A stretch of 53,814 nucleotides of DNA from a virus (lineage: Duplodnaviria > Caudoviricetes): the IMG/VR virus record IMGVR_UViG_3300022865_000009, positions 1-53,814 of that record, one strand, 5' to 3'. How positions within the stretch are numbered: position 1 is the first letter of the stretch; every line of letters starts with the position of its first letter. The position numbers were made by a program, and so were the translations under genes. The notes beneath the pieces were generated by a model, which searched no databases, was not told the DNA's origin, and worked only from the letters and a program-made list of their open reading frames with translations. Positions 18,474 to 27,682 of this stretch are shown one piece after another.

Positions 18474-19033
18474 TAAAGTTAAATTGTGCTGCCATACTTA
18501 AACAACTGGACTGTCACAGAGAAGTAAAAGAAAAACTACTGTCTATGATTGATCAGTCTTGGAGCTATAATATGACGAATGATTTTTATGGCGACAATAT
18601 TAATAGATGTGATTGGTCAGAAAATTTAAACTATAATAGAGAATGGGTTAAGTTTATCAAACCAAAATTAGAAAAACATTTTAATGAATGTGCAGAAACT
18701 TTAAATTATGAAAAATGTGAAGTTAATGGAATGTGGTACCAACAGTATATAAAAGACAATATACACACATGGCATATTCATGGAGAAAATTACACAGGTG
18801 TTTACTATTTAGAACTACCAGAAAATTCACCAAAGACAGAATTATTAGATCAAATAGATATTAATAATAAAATTACAATAAATGCTAAAGAGGGAGATGT
18901 GGTAATTTTCCCTAGTTTTATTATACACCGATCTCCAAAAATTATTAATAATCTAAGAAAAACAATAATATCTTTTAATATAAATTTTACTAAAGTAAAA
19001 GATAGTGTGGTATTATCTTTAAATGGATTATAA
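18467..19033 (+). CDS. Putative 2OG-Fe(II) oxygenase
   Basis: WYQQY, HTWHIH, GVYYL, IFPSFIIHRS, IISFN. Confidence 0.8.
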   Translation: MVIKLNCAAILKQLDCHREVKEKLLSMIDQSWSYNMTNDFYGDNINRCDWSENLNYNREWVKFIKPKLEKHFNECAETLNYEKCEVNGMWYQQYIKDNIHTWHIHGENYTGVYYLELPENSPKTELLDQIDINNKITINAKEGDVVIFPSFIIHRSPKIINNLRKTIISFNINFTKVKDSVVLSLNGL

Positions 19034-19053
19034 TATAATACAAAGGAAAAATT

Positions 19054-19212
19054 ATGGCAATAACTAGAGGGTCAATGACTAAACAACTAGAACCGGGTTT
19101 AGGCAGCAGTAATAAAGGTTGGACTAAGAAAGAAAAATCAGAATTTAAAAAGGTTTTACTGAAAACTCATGGCAAAATCTACAAACCCCATAGCCAAAAA
19201 CCTAAGGTCTAG
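19054..19212 (+). CDS. 52-aa protein with capsid-like N-terminus (not in ORF track)
   Basis: AAAGGA SD; MAITRGSMTKQLEPGLG... Confidence 0.65.
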   Translation: MAITRGSMTKQLEPGLGSSNKGWTKKEKSEFKKVLLKTHGKIYKPHSQKPKV

Positions 19213-19321
19213 AACTTACCGTCATCAAGTGGTACAATCTAAGAAGTTGTACAACCGCAAAAAGGAGAAGTTTTACACTCTCAAAGCGGCCGCTATAAAT
19301 AAAGGAGAAACAAATGGCTAA
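19169..19321 (+). CDS. 50-aa basic peptide, ArfA-like (not in ORF track)
   Basis: MAKSTNPIAKNLRSRTYRHQVVQSKKLYNRKKEK... Confidence 0.55.
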   Translation: MAKSTNPIAKNLRSRTYRHQVVQSKKLYNRKKEKFYTLKAAAINKGETNG

Positions 19322-19517
19322 ATCAAAAGGTCCTTGTTGGGACGGTTATGAAATGATTGGAATGAAGTCTAAAGGTGGGCGTAAAGTTCCTAATTGTGTA
19401 CCTAAAAAATCAAAAGGTGGAGAGATGGAATATAATGGATCTCTAATTAATTCAGAAATAGATGGAGTTACTTACAATAATAAATCATATGAGGATTACT
19501 ATAAGGATATTCTGTAG
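19314..19517 (+). CDS. DYYKD-tag family protein 1
   Basis: AAGGAG SD; CWDGY...VPNCVP motif; ends EDYYKDIL. Confidence 0.75.
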   Translation: MAKSKGPCWDGYEMIGMKSKGGRKVPNCVPKKSKGGEMEYNGSLINSEIDGVTYNNKSYEDYYKDIL

Positions 19518-19981
19518 TGAGAAAAAATAAACTTAAAGTTAAAAAGCTTAGAGGTGGTGGAATGGACATGGGTAATGCAGCCAATCAAGCCGCTAGCGCT
19601 GCTATGGGTAACGTAGGAGCAACTGCTGCAGCAAAAGGCAATGTAAATCTAGGAGATACAGGACCTCAAGGCGATGAGTCCATTACTTCTTTTACAGATA
19701 ACTATAAAGCTAATTTTCAAGCAAAAGGTAGATTAAATTTAATCCCTGGAGCTCAAATAGTAAATACTTTACAAACTATTAGAGACACTAATAGAGGTAA
19801 TAAAGCTATGGGAATAAAAAATAAACCTCCCGTTCAACAACAAGGAAGTGGTTCAAATCCTATGGTTTGTCCTCCAGGACAAGTAATGCAAGGTGGAACG
19901 TGTGTTCAAAGACTTTCTAAAGGAGGAGAGTTTTCTTTTAGTAAAGAAACTCAACAAGATTATTACAAGGATTTAGTGTAG
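19517..19981 (+). CDS. DYYKD-tag family protein 2
   Basis: TAGTG coupling; ends QDYYKDLV. Confidence 0.75.
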   Translation: MRKNKLKVKKLRGGGMDMGNAANQAASAAMGNVGATAAAKGNVNLGDTGPQGDESITSFTDNYKANFQAKGRLNLIPGAQIVNTLQTIRDTNRGNKAMGIKNKPPVQQQGSGSNPMVCPPGQVMQGGTCVQRLSKGGEFSFSKETQQDYYKDLV

Positions 19982-20205
19982 TGAAAAAAGAAAAAATGTT
20001 ACTTGGTGGATTATTAAGTGCCGGCATTAGATATGGAGTTAAGAGATATGCTAAAGCTAGTGGTAAAAAACTTATTGATTTAACTAAAGGACAATCTACA
20101 AAATTAGGTAAAGCAGATAAAGTTGAGGCTATAAAATTACATGGTGCTACAAAATTATCTAAATTAGAAAAAATTAAATTAAATTATTATAAGGATATAT
20201 TATAA
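19981..20205 (+). CDS. DYYKD-tag family protein 3
   Basis: TAGTG coupling; ends LNYYKDIL. Confidence 0.75.
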   Translation: MKKEKMLLGGLLSAGIRYGVKRYAKASGKKLIDLTKGQSTKLGKADKVEAIKLHGATKLSKLEKIKLNYYKDIL

Positions 20206-20630
20206 TGGTACTTAAACTTTCTCTTATGGTAGCCAAACCTTTAATTAAAAAGGTAATCAAAGCTGTTGTTAAAGACAGAAAAGATATTAGAGATTATAGA
20301 AAAAAAAGTGCTTTAAAAAATAAAATTGATACCGCTAAAAAAACAGCAACCTTAAATAATGCTCAAGAACGTTATGAAACATTAAGGGAGGTACAACAAA
20401 TTACTTTAGGTGCAATGAAAAAAATTAAAATGCCTAAAGAAGGTAGAGAAGCTTTTAACGAAGCATTTAAAATTGCTTTAAAAAAAAGAAGAAATACAAG
20501 AAATACTTTAATGGATCCAAAATACTTAAACACTAAATCAAATAAATTAGGTGGTATAATAAACCAAGAAAAAGATAAAACATTTGATTACAATAATAAA
20601 ATAAATGATTATTATAAGGATATAATATAA
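20205..20630 (+). CDS. DYYKD-tag family protein 4
   Basis: TAATG coupling; basic; ends NDYYKDII. Confidence 0.75.
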   Translation: MVLKLSLMVAKPLIKKVIKAVVKDRKDIRDYRKKSALKNKIDTAKKTATLNNAQERYETLREVQQITLGAMKKIKMPKEGREAFNEAFKIALKKRRNTRNTLMDPKYLNTKSNKLGGIINQEKDKTFDYNNKINDYYKDII

Positions 20631-21325
20631 TGGCTACTTCAGGAACAACTAGTTTTAATTTAACTATAGAAGAAGTTATAGATGAAGCATTTAACAGATG
20701 TGGAGTACGACCTAACTCTGGAAATGATTTAAGAAAAGCAAGAAGAAATTTAAACGTATTGTTTTCTGACTGGGGCAATAGAGGGGTTCATTTATGGAAA
20801 GTTGAATTAGATGAGATAGCTCTTGTTGCAGGACAAGCAGAATATACTTGTAATTCAGATGTAAGTGATGTCTTAGAAGCTTTTGTTTCAACTACGGGAG
20901 GAGGAAATGATACAGCTAATACTCAAGATGTGTCTTTAACTAAAGTAGATAGATCTAATTATGCTGCTCTTCCTAATAAACTAAATCAAGGTCAACCTTC
21001 TCAATATTATGTTGATAGACAAACCACTCCTAAAATTTATTTATATCAAGCACCCGATGCTTCGACTTATACTTATGTAAAATTTTATGTAGTTAAAAGA
21101 ATTGAAGATGCTGGAGCTTATTCAAATAATCCAGATGCGGTATTTAGATTTTTACCGTGCATGATTGCAGGACTATCTTATTATCTTTCTTTTCAATATG
21201 CAGCAGATAGAGTGCCTCTTTTAAAACAAACTTATGAAGATGAAATGATTAGAGCTTTAGATGAAGATGGTCAAAGAACTTCTTTATATGTTTCGCCAAT
21301 GACTTACTTTGGAGATGGAGTATAA
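20630..21325 (+). CDS. Putative head-tail adaptor protein
   Basis: MATSGTTSFNL, LPNK..QGQPSQYY; position before the tail genes. Confidence 0.65.
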   Translation: MATSGTTSFNLTIEEVIDEAFNRCGVRPNSGNDLRKARRNLNVLFSDWGNRGVHLWKVELDEIALVAGQAEYTCNSDVSDVLEAFVSTTGGGNDTANTQDVSLTKVDRSNYAALPNKLNQGQPSQYYVDRQTTPKIYLYQAPDASTYTYVKFYVVKRIEDAGAYSNNPDAVFRFLPCMIAGLSYYLSFQYAADRVPLLKQTYEDEMIRALDEDGQRTSLYVSPMTYFGDGV

Positions 21326-21684
21326 TGTCTTACGCTCAAGGTAGAAGATCAATGGCAATATCTGACCGTTCAGGTCAGGCGTTTCCCTATAAAGAAATGG
21401 TTAGAGAGTGGACGGGAGCACTTGTCCATACTTCAGAGTTCGAGCCTAAGCATCCACAGATAAGACGTAGAAGAGTTGTTGGAGATGCTATAGCTTTACA
21501 GAATCCTAGAGCACAGGACTTTACATTTAATTCTGGAGGATCTAGATTTACTACAATAGATTTAACCTTACCGGGATTATTTGCTTTTAATTCAAATGGA
21601 ATGCAACCAGACGATGGTTCTGCTCAAAATAGAGCAAGACAAATAGGTACTCAAATAGGTCAAATAACAGTGGAGATTTCATAA
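21325..21684 (+). CDS. Hypothetical virion-module protein
   Basis: ISDRSG..FPY and EFEPKHPQ motifs; coupled ORF. Confidence 0.65.
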   Translation: MSYAQGRRSMAISDRSGQAFPYKEMVREWTGALVHTSEFEPKHPQIRRRRVVGDAIALQNPRAQDFTFNSGGSRFTTIDLTLPGLFAFNSNGMQPDDGSAQNRARQIGTQIGQITVEIS

Positions 21685-22343
21685 TGGCAATTAGTTACAT
21701 AGATTTTTTAGCTCAAATAAGAAGTTATACAGAAGTAGATTCTAATGTATTAACGGATACTTTAATTGATCAATTTACTACTAACACAGAATTAGATATT
21801 GCGGGTAAAGTAGATTATGATGATTTAAGAAAATACTCAACTGCTAGTTTTATCTCTGGTCAAAGATATATATCTTTACCTTCTGATATGCTTATTTTAA
21901 GATCCGTACAGACTATTATATCAGATACTAGAACTTTTTTAGAAAAAAGAGATACTAGTTTTATCTCTGAATATAATAATGATGGAGCTACAGGCTCTCC
22001 TTTATATTATGCAAACTGGGATGAGAATAATTTTTTAGTAGCCCCAACACCAGATGCCACGGCAGCAGCTGGACAAGTTCAAATTAATTATATTAAATAT
22101 CCCCCTCATTTTACGAGTTCTAACACTACTTACTTGTCTACCTACCAGCAATCATTACTATTGTACGGAGTTTTAGTTGAGTCTTTTGCTTATTTAAAAG
22201 GACCTGCTGATATGTACAAACTGTATTCTGACAAGTATAATGAACAAATACAATCTTTTGCTTTACAACAAATGGGCAGAAGACGTAGAGACGAATACAC
22301 CGATGGAGTGCCACGAGTTAAAGTGCCTTCTCCATCACCATAA
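21684..22343 (+). CDS. Putative adaptor/tail tubular protein A-like
   Basis: GSPLYYA, VAPTPD, LLLYGVLVE motifs. Confidence 0.65.
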   Translation: MAISYIDFLAQIRSYTEVDSNVLTDTLIDQFTTNTELDIAGKVDYDDLRKYSTASFISGQRYISLPSDMLILRSVQTIISDTRTFLEKRDTSFISEYNNDGATGSPLYYANWDENNFLVAPTPDATAAAGQVQINYIKYPPHFTSSNTTYLSTYQQSLLLYGVLVESFAYLKGPADMYKLYSDKYNEQIQSFALQQMGRRRRDEYTDGVPRVKVPSPSP

Positions 22344-22367
22344 AAATTATAAAATAGGAGAAAAATT

Positions 22368-22808
22368 ATGGCTATTACTACAAATGCAATCACGAACTCT
22401 TTTAAAGAACAAACTTTTCAAGGGATACACAACTTTGCCGCATCAGGCGGAGATGTTTTTAAATTAGCACTATACACAAGTGCGTCAACTATCGGAGCTG
22501 ATACTACTTCATACGCAGTAGGTGTTGGAGGACAAGTGCCAGACACTGGTCAATACGCAGCCGGTGGCGGAGCGCTAGTTAACGCTTTAGTTTCTGTAAA
22601 TGGAACTACAGCTTTTACTGACTTTACTGATTTATCATTCACTGGAGTTACATTAACAGCAAGAGGAGCTTTGATTTATAATACATCTGAAGCTGCTAAA
22701 TCTGTATGTGTACTTGACTTTGGTGGAGACAAAACTGCAACAGCTGGAACATTTACTATTCAGTTCCCTAATGCAAACGATACTCAAGCGATTTTAAGAA
22801 TATCGTAA
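22368..22808 (+). CDS. Tail structural protein
   Basis: AGGAG SD; FKLALYT, ARGALIYN, VLDFGGDK. Confidence 0.7.
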   Translation: MAITTNAITNSFKEQTFQGIHNFAASGGDVFKLALYTSASTIGADTTSYAVGVGGQVPDTGQYAAGGGALVNALVSVNGTTAFTDFTDLSFTGVTLTARGALIYNTSEAAKSVCVLDFGGDKTATAGTFTIQFPNANDTQAILRIS

Positions 22809-22826
22809 TCAACAAAGTTATGAATT

Positions 22827-23786
22827 ATGGCAACTGGATGGGGTAAAAAAAGTTGGGGAGCATCGGAATGGGGAGACCTATCTGATGAAACCGTACTTAC
22901 TTCATCCGTTGCCTCATCATATTCAATAGGTAGTTCTACTACCACAGCAGATGCAGTTGTTTCTGTAACTGGAATATCCTTATCTATAATTAATGTTGGA
23001 GTGGTAGCAGGTGCTTCCGCTGACGTATCTCCAACTGGAATAGATTTATCTTATGCAATAGGTACTTCAGCTTCTGGTATTGGAGCTAATGCTACAGGTT
23101 CTTTAATATCTTCTACAATTAATTCAGTTACTATTGATGATCAATTTTTAATTGGATCAGGTTGGGGAAGGGATGATTGGGGAAGTATGGCATGGGGAGA
23201 TAATTACTCCGTTCAACTTCAAGGAATTTCTCTTTCTGCAGCCATTGGTAATGAAGATGCCTTTACTGATGTAGTAGTAGCTATAACAGGTATTGCTTTA
23301 CAGCAAGAAATTACTCCAGTAGGAACTTCAGCTAACTCTGATCATGAGATTGCACATAGTTTTTTACTAGGAACAGTTATTAATGATGTATCTATAGAAG
23401 GTCATTCATTAGTTGAATTAACAGGTATTGGGTTATCTTATACTATAGAAGATGTAGAAGCTTCTCCTAAAGTAGAAGTAGATATAACAGGTATGTCTGC
23501 TACGTATGTACTAGGAGACGACGATCAAACAGGTACTGGTGTTGTAGTTTTAACAGGTATTGGATCTACAATGGCTATGGGAGATATTACTCCTGTATCC
23601 AAATACGATGCAACAGGTATTTCAGCTACTTATACAACAGGTCAGGTAACCATCACGGGTAGTGGTGTTGTAACTCTTACAGGTATAGGAATGACAATTA
23701 GTACTGCTACACCTAATGTAATTGCATGGGCTGAGGTAGATGTAGGTACATCGGTTACATGGACACCGGTTGATCTAGCAGCTTAA
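22827..23786 (+). CDS. Repetitive beta-rich tail/fibre protein
   Basis: Two WGxxxWGxxxWG blocks and many [VL]TGI repeats. Confidence 0.65.
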   Translation: MATGWGKKSWGASEWGDLSDETVLTSSVASSYSIGSSTTTADAVVSVTGISLSIINVGVVAGASADVSPTGIDLSYAIGTSASGIGANATGSLISSTINSVTIDDQFLIGSGWGRDDWGSMAWGDNYSVQLQGISLSAAIGNEDAFTDVVVAITGIALQQEITPVGTSANSDHEIAHSFLLGTVINDVSIEGHSLVELTGIGLSYTIEDVEASPKVEVDITGMSATYVLGDDDQTGTGVVVLTGIGSTMAMGDITPVSKYDATGISATYTTGQVTITGSGVVTLTGIGMTISTATPNVIAWAEVDVGTSVTWTPVDLAA

Positions 23787-23831
23787 TTATAGTAATATTG
23801 TAATATATAAAAAACAGGAGCATAAAATTTT

Positions 23832-25070
23832 ATGACATCAGCTTATTCAGATCTCGGTTTAGAACTTATGGTGACTGGCGAAAACGCCGGTACTTGGGGA
23901 GATAAAACTAATCAAAATATAAATTTAATTCAACAATCTGTTGCAGGTTTTGAACAAGTAACACTAAATTCAGGTTCAATTTTAGCTCTTGCTATGACAG
24001 ACGCAACTTTGTCTAATGCTAGAAATATGGTTATTAAATTTGCTACTGCAACTATTGCAGCAAGTACAATTTGTACTATTCCAGATGGAATTGAAAAATT
24101 TTATATTTTTGATTGTAGTGGTTTAACTAACCCAGCTAACCTAGTTATTAAAACTGCTAGTGGAACGGGCTTTACTTTAAATGCTGCAAAAATATTTGCT
24201 GCATATTCAGATGGAACAAATTTAAATGAAATATCTTTAGATACTTTAGGTGGAACTATTGCGGCTGCAAATATTACTGGAACAATTTCAACTGCACAAA
24301 TAGCAGACAACGCAGTTACAACTGCAAAAATTTCAGACAATCAAATTACAACTGCTAAAGTTTCAGATTTACAAATTACAACTGCTAAAATTGCTGACGA
24401 TTCAATTACGCCAGATAAATTATCTAACACTGCAGTAACTGCAGGTGCTTATACAACTGCAAACATAACTGTAGATGCTCAAGGACGACTGACTGCTGCT
24501 GCAAGTGGAGCCGGTGGAGATGGAGCTTATGTTATGCATTTTTCTGAGATTGGCCCTAATAGTGGTAACGTAACTGCAAATCCAGCTGCAAATAATTTTT
24601 ATGCGTACCTTTGTGGTGCAGGCGGTGGTGCTGGTGGATTTTCAACACAGGCACCTGGAAGACACGGTGGTTCTGGTGGAAATGGTGGTTTAGGATTTTA
24701 TTCTGGTCCAGTTACAGGCGGGGCGGCTGTTCCTTACTCATTAGGTGCTGGGGGAACAAAAGGTAGCCCAAGTACTGGCGGTGGTGATGGTAACGCAGGT
24801 TCTGCATCAACAGTTTCAAGTTTTACTGCAAATGGTGGAAGTGGTGGAGCAAGGGGTGGCCCTGCTTTTCAACCGACTAGAGCAAACCCAGGTGCAGCGG
24901 GTACAGCTCCAGGTGGAATTGAATTACCTAAGAGAACAATGTTTATTGTAAATGCAGGCACAGGGACTGGTACTAATTTTGAAGGACCAGATAATGGTGG
25001 TCCGAGTCCAACTCCTTCTGATGCAGGTGGAGCTGGTGGACTATTTTACTTTGATGATGGGAACGCATAA
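23832..25070 (+). CDS. Tail fibre protein
   Basis: GENAGTWG N-terminal anchor, ITTAKIAD repeats, ITVDAQGRLT, Gly-rich C-terminal domain. Confidence 0.8.
   Translation: MTSAYSDLGLELMVTGENAGTWGDKTNQNINLIQQSVAGFEQVTLNSGSILALAMTDATLSNARNMVIKFATATIAASTICTIPDGIEKFYIFDCSGLTNPANLVIKTASGTGFTLNAAKIFAAYSDGTNLNEISLDTLGGTIAAANITGTISTAQIADNAVTTAKISDNQITTAKVSDLQITTAKIADDSITPDKLSNTAVTAGAYTTANITVDAQGRLTAAASGAGGDGAYVMHFSEIGPNSGNVTANPAANNFYAYLCGAGGGAGGFSTQAPGRHGGSGGNGGLGFYSGPVTGGAAVPYSLGAGGTKGSPSTGGGDGNAGSASTVSSFTANGGSGGARGGPAFQPTRANPGAAGTAPGGIELPKRTMFIVNAGTGTGTNFEGPDNGGPSPTPSDAGGAGGLFYFDDGNA
24286..24420 (+). repeat. 30-bp coding tandem repeat (10-aa ITTAKIxDxx)
   Basis: About 4.5 degenerate copies, e.g. caaattacaactgctaaa repeated. 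Confidence 0.8.
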
Positions 25071-25510
25071 TGGCTTACGCAATTACACTTAATAATAATT
25101 TACTAAGAATCGCAGCAAACGAAACTGAAAAAAATGAGTTAACTGCTTTAAATACACCTCATTCAGTAGTAGATATTAGTGATTCTGATTTTATAAAATT
25201 TAAATTACATATAGATCTATTTAATATAAATGGAAGTACCATTACATTTATTGACAATCTAAATCCTGGAGAAATTTCAAATGCAGAGGAATTGTTTCAA
25301 TATTTAAAGACACTGAAATGGAATATTGATCTCTTTATTCAAAATGCAAACGCCAATACTCAAGCTAAAACTTTATATACTCAGTTTGTAAGCTATAGTA
25401 ATTATTTAGATACTTTTGATACTTCAACTGTAACATACCCTATTGTTAACTGGGAAAAATATTGTCAAGATAATGGAATTACTTATTTAAATCTTTTACA
25501 AATCCCGTAA
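25070..25510 (+). CDS. Hypothetical protein, possible fibre assembly factor
   Basis: Coupled directly after the tail fibre gene. Confidence 0.55.
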   Translation: MAYAITLNNNLLRIAANETEKNELTALNTPHSVVDISDSDFIKFKLHIDLFNINGSTITFIDNLNPGEISNAEELFQYLKTLKWNIDLFIQNANANTQAKTLYTQFVSYSNYLDTFDTSTVTYPIVNWEKYCQDNGITYLNLLQIP

Positions 25511-25525
25511 ATGTGCTAAACATCT

Positions 25526-26272
25526 ATGATGTTAGATAATATAATAACTTTTTCAGCGAGTAAAGAATTTATAAGAAACAATCAAGATAATTTACCAGTT
25601 CCTACAAAAACAAATATACCAGAATGGTATAAAAATCTTACACATAGTTACGAAAATCAGACTGTAAAAGGTTGTATGCCTTTTTTAGATACACTCACCT
25701 CTGGGTATCTTTTAAAAATAGCAACCGATTATAGAATAAAACACAATGTTGAAATTGACGGGGAGAAAAAAACTGGTTTTGATTCAGCTCAACAAATGAT
25801 GAATAGCCTTGCTGAAAGAATAAATATTAATTATCGAGGAAGACCAGAGTGTCATTCTATCCAACAATTAGAGGGAAGCCCTTTAGTAGAAAAAAATAAA
25901 AAGTTAGCTTTTCATAAAATTTTAAATCCATGGATAATAACAACACCGCCTGGATATTCTACTCTTTTTGTCCCACCTTTAAATAATGCAGATGATCGTT
26001 TTTCAATTATTGCTGGTATAGTTGATACAGATACTTTTAAAAATGAAGTAAATTTTCCAATTGTTATAAATGGTGATAAGTATAATGAACTAGATACAAT
26101 TATTGAAAGAGGAACTCCTTATGTTCAATGCATACCTTTTAAAAGAGAAAATTGGAAAATGAAAATTAAAACTAAAAGTGACAAAAAATATTTAGAAGAC
26201 AGGTTTTTTATGCTAAAACATATAGTACATAATTATAAAAAATTATTTTGGAGAAAAAAAACATGGAAGTAA
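25526..26272 (+). CDS. Hypothetical protein of the oxygenase cassette
   Basis: IPEWYK, KGCMPFLD, PWIITTPPGYS, GIVDTD, GTPYVQCIPFKRE. Confidence 0.65.
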   Translation: MMLDNIITFSASKEFIRNNQDNLPVPTKTNIPEWYKNLTHSYENQTVKGCMPFLDTLTSGYLLKIATDYRIKHNVEIDGEKKTGFDSAQQMMNSLAERININYRGRPECHSIQQLEGSPLVEKNKKLAFHKILNPWIITTPPGYSTLFVPPLNNADDRFSIIAGIVDTDTFKNEVNFPIVINGDKYNELDTIIERGTPYVQCIPFKRENWKMKIKTKSDKKYLEDRFFMLKHIVHNYKKLFWRKKTWK

Positions 26273-26844
26273 ATTATGATTTACATAAATATATTACAGT
26301 TTTTAATGATGTCATACCAAATAAAACTTTAGAGTCGTTTAAAAAAATATGTAAAGATTCTAATAAATTTGAAGGGGCATCAATACTAGGTGATGACAAA
26401 CCTATTTTAGATGAAAAGATAAGAAAAGTAGGTTCTTGGGGTTTAAATAATATTAATACAACTTCTTACACTGACGTTTTATGGTGTAATTATTTAGTAA
26501 AACATCTAAAAATTTGTATTACTAACTATCAATACTTTCATAAAATTTCTAATTCATTTGTTATTAATGATATACAAGTTTTAAAGTATGGAGAAGGGGG
26601 ACATTACAAATTTCATACAGATCATAGCCCAAAAATTCCAAGACAATTTAGTTGTATATTTATGATTAATGATAATTACGAGGGAGGTGACCTGTGTTTT
26701 AAATACCCTAACTCAGAAAAAATTACAACAATTGAAAAGAAAGAAAATAGAATGATAATATGGCCTAGCAATTATTTATACCCTCACTGTGTCATGCCTG
26801 TGACTGAGGGAGAAAGGTATTCGGTAGTAGCATGGGCGTTATAG
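26248..26844 (+). CDS. Prolyl 4-hydroxylase-like 2OG-Fe(II) oxygenase
   Basis: YKFHTD, NDNYEGGDL, WPSNYLYPHCVMPVTEGERYSVVAW; start could be 26263. Confidence 0.88.
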   Translation: MEKKNMEVNYDLHKYITVFNDVIPNKTLESFKKICKDSNKFEGASILGDDKPILDEKIRKVGSWGLNNINTTSYTDVLWCNYLVKHLKICITNYQYFHKISNSFVINDIQVLKYGEGGHYKFHTDHSPKIPRQFSCIFMINDNYEGGDLCFKYPNSEKITTIEKKENRMIIWPSNYLYPHCVMPVTEGERYSVVAWAL

Positions 26845-27404
26845 GAAAAGATTTTACTTATAAAATAATTAAAAATTTTTTATCTGAAGATGAGATAAAC
26901 TTATTAAGTAACTATTGTGAAATTAGGCATAGAACAAATACTACAGATTTTGATCAATCAAAAGAGATGGGGATACCCGATTCTAAATTTTATGGAGATC
27001 CGACTATTGAAGCTTTGATGCTTAAACAATTACCACTTATGGAAAAAGAAACTGGTATAGAACTATTACCAACTTATGCTTTTTGGAGATGCTATACAAA
27101 ATTTTCTTCTTTAGCAAGTCACATAGATAGACGTTCTTGTGAAATTAGTGTAACATTAAATATTAATAATGACGGTACACCATGGCCAATATATATAGAA
27201 GAAAAACCAGTACACCTAAATAAAGGCGAAGCAGTGATATATCTTGGAAGACAATTACCTCACTACCGTAAGGAATTTCAAGGAGATTTTCATATACAGG
27301 CTTTCTTGCATTACGTAGATAAAAATGGTAAGAATGCAGATCGCTATTTGGACACAAGACCCTTCTGGGGAATGCCGGATAATACTGCGGAAACCATTGG
27401 ATAA
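26832..27404 (+). CDS. 2OG-Fe(II) oxygenase
   Basis: HIDRRSCEISVTL, GEAVIYLG..LPHYR, QAFLHYV. Confidence 0.8.
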   Translation: MGVIGKDFTYKIIKNFLSEDEINLLSNYCEIRHRTNTTDFDQSKEMGIPDSKFYGDPTIEALMLKQLPLMEKETGIELLPTYAFWRCYTKFSSLASHIDRRSCEISVTLNINNDGTPWPIYIEEKPVHLNKGEAVIYLGRQLPHYRKEFQGDFHIQAFLHYVDKNGKNADRYLDTRPFWGMPDNTAETIG

Positions 27405-27412
27405 GGAGATTT

Positions 27413-27637
27413 ATGAAAATTAATCAATTAAACGATAAATATGGTTCAGGAGAAATAGTATTTACTGAAGAAGAGATTGAAATAATTAAGGAAAAGAAAA
27501 AAATATTATTACCCGCTGAATCTTTAAAACATTGTACTAATATGTTTGTTTCATTAGCAATAGAATGTAACAAAAAATTCAATAAGGAAACGGCTGAACT
27601 CACTAGTATAATGGGTCAAAATATAGAAACTAAGTAA
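27413..27637 (+). CDS. Hypothetical protein
   Basis: AAGGAG SD; 74 aa. Confidence 0.65.
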   Translation: MKINQLNDKYGSGEIVFTEEEIEIIKEKKKILLPAESLKHCTNMFVSLAIECNKKFNKETAELTSIMGQNIETK

Positions 27638-27682
27638 TCTTCTATTCTGTTATTCTGTTATATTTTAAGGTATAATGCTTTT

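Noticed and set aside
19490-20630. Recurrent gatta(c/t)ta(t/c)aaggat as a CRISPR or integron-like DNA repeat
   Set aside because: Spacing is irregular and gene-sized, variation is at synonymous positions, and there is no cas or integrase gene; it is a peptide-level repeat
24286-24420. 30-bp tandem repeat as a DGR or CRISPR element
   Set aside because: Ordinary in-frame fibre shaft repeat; no reverse transcriptase in the window
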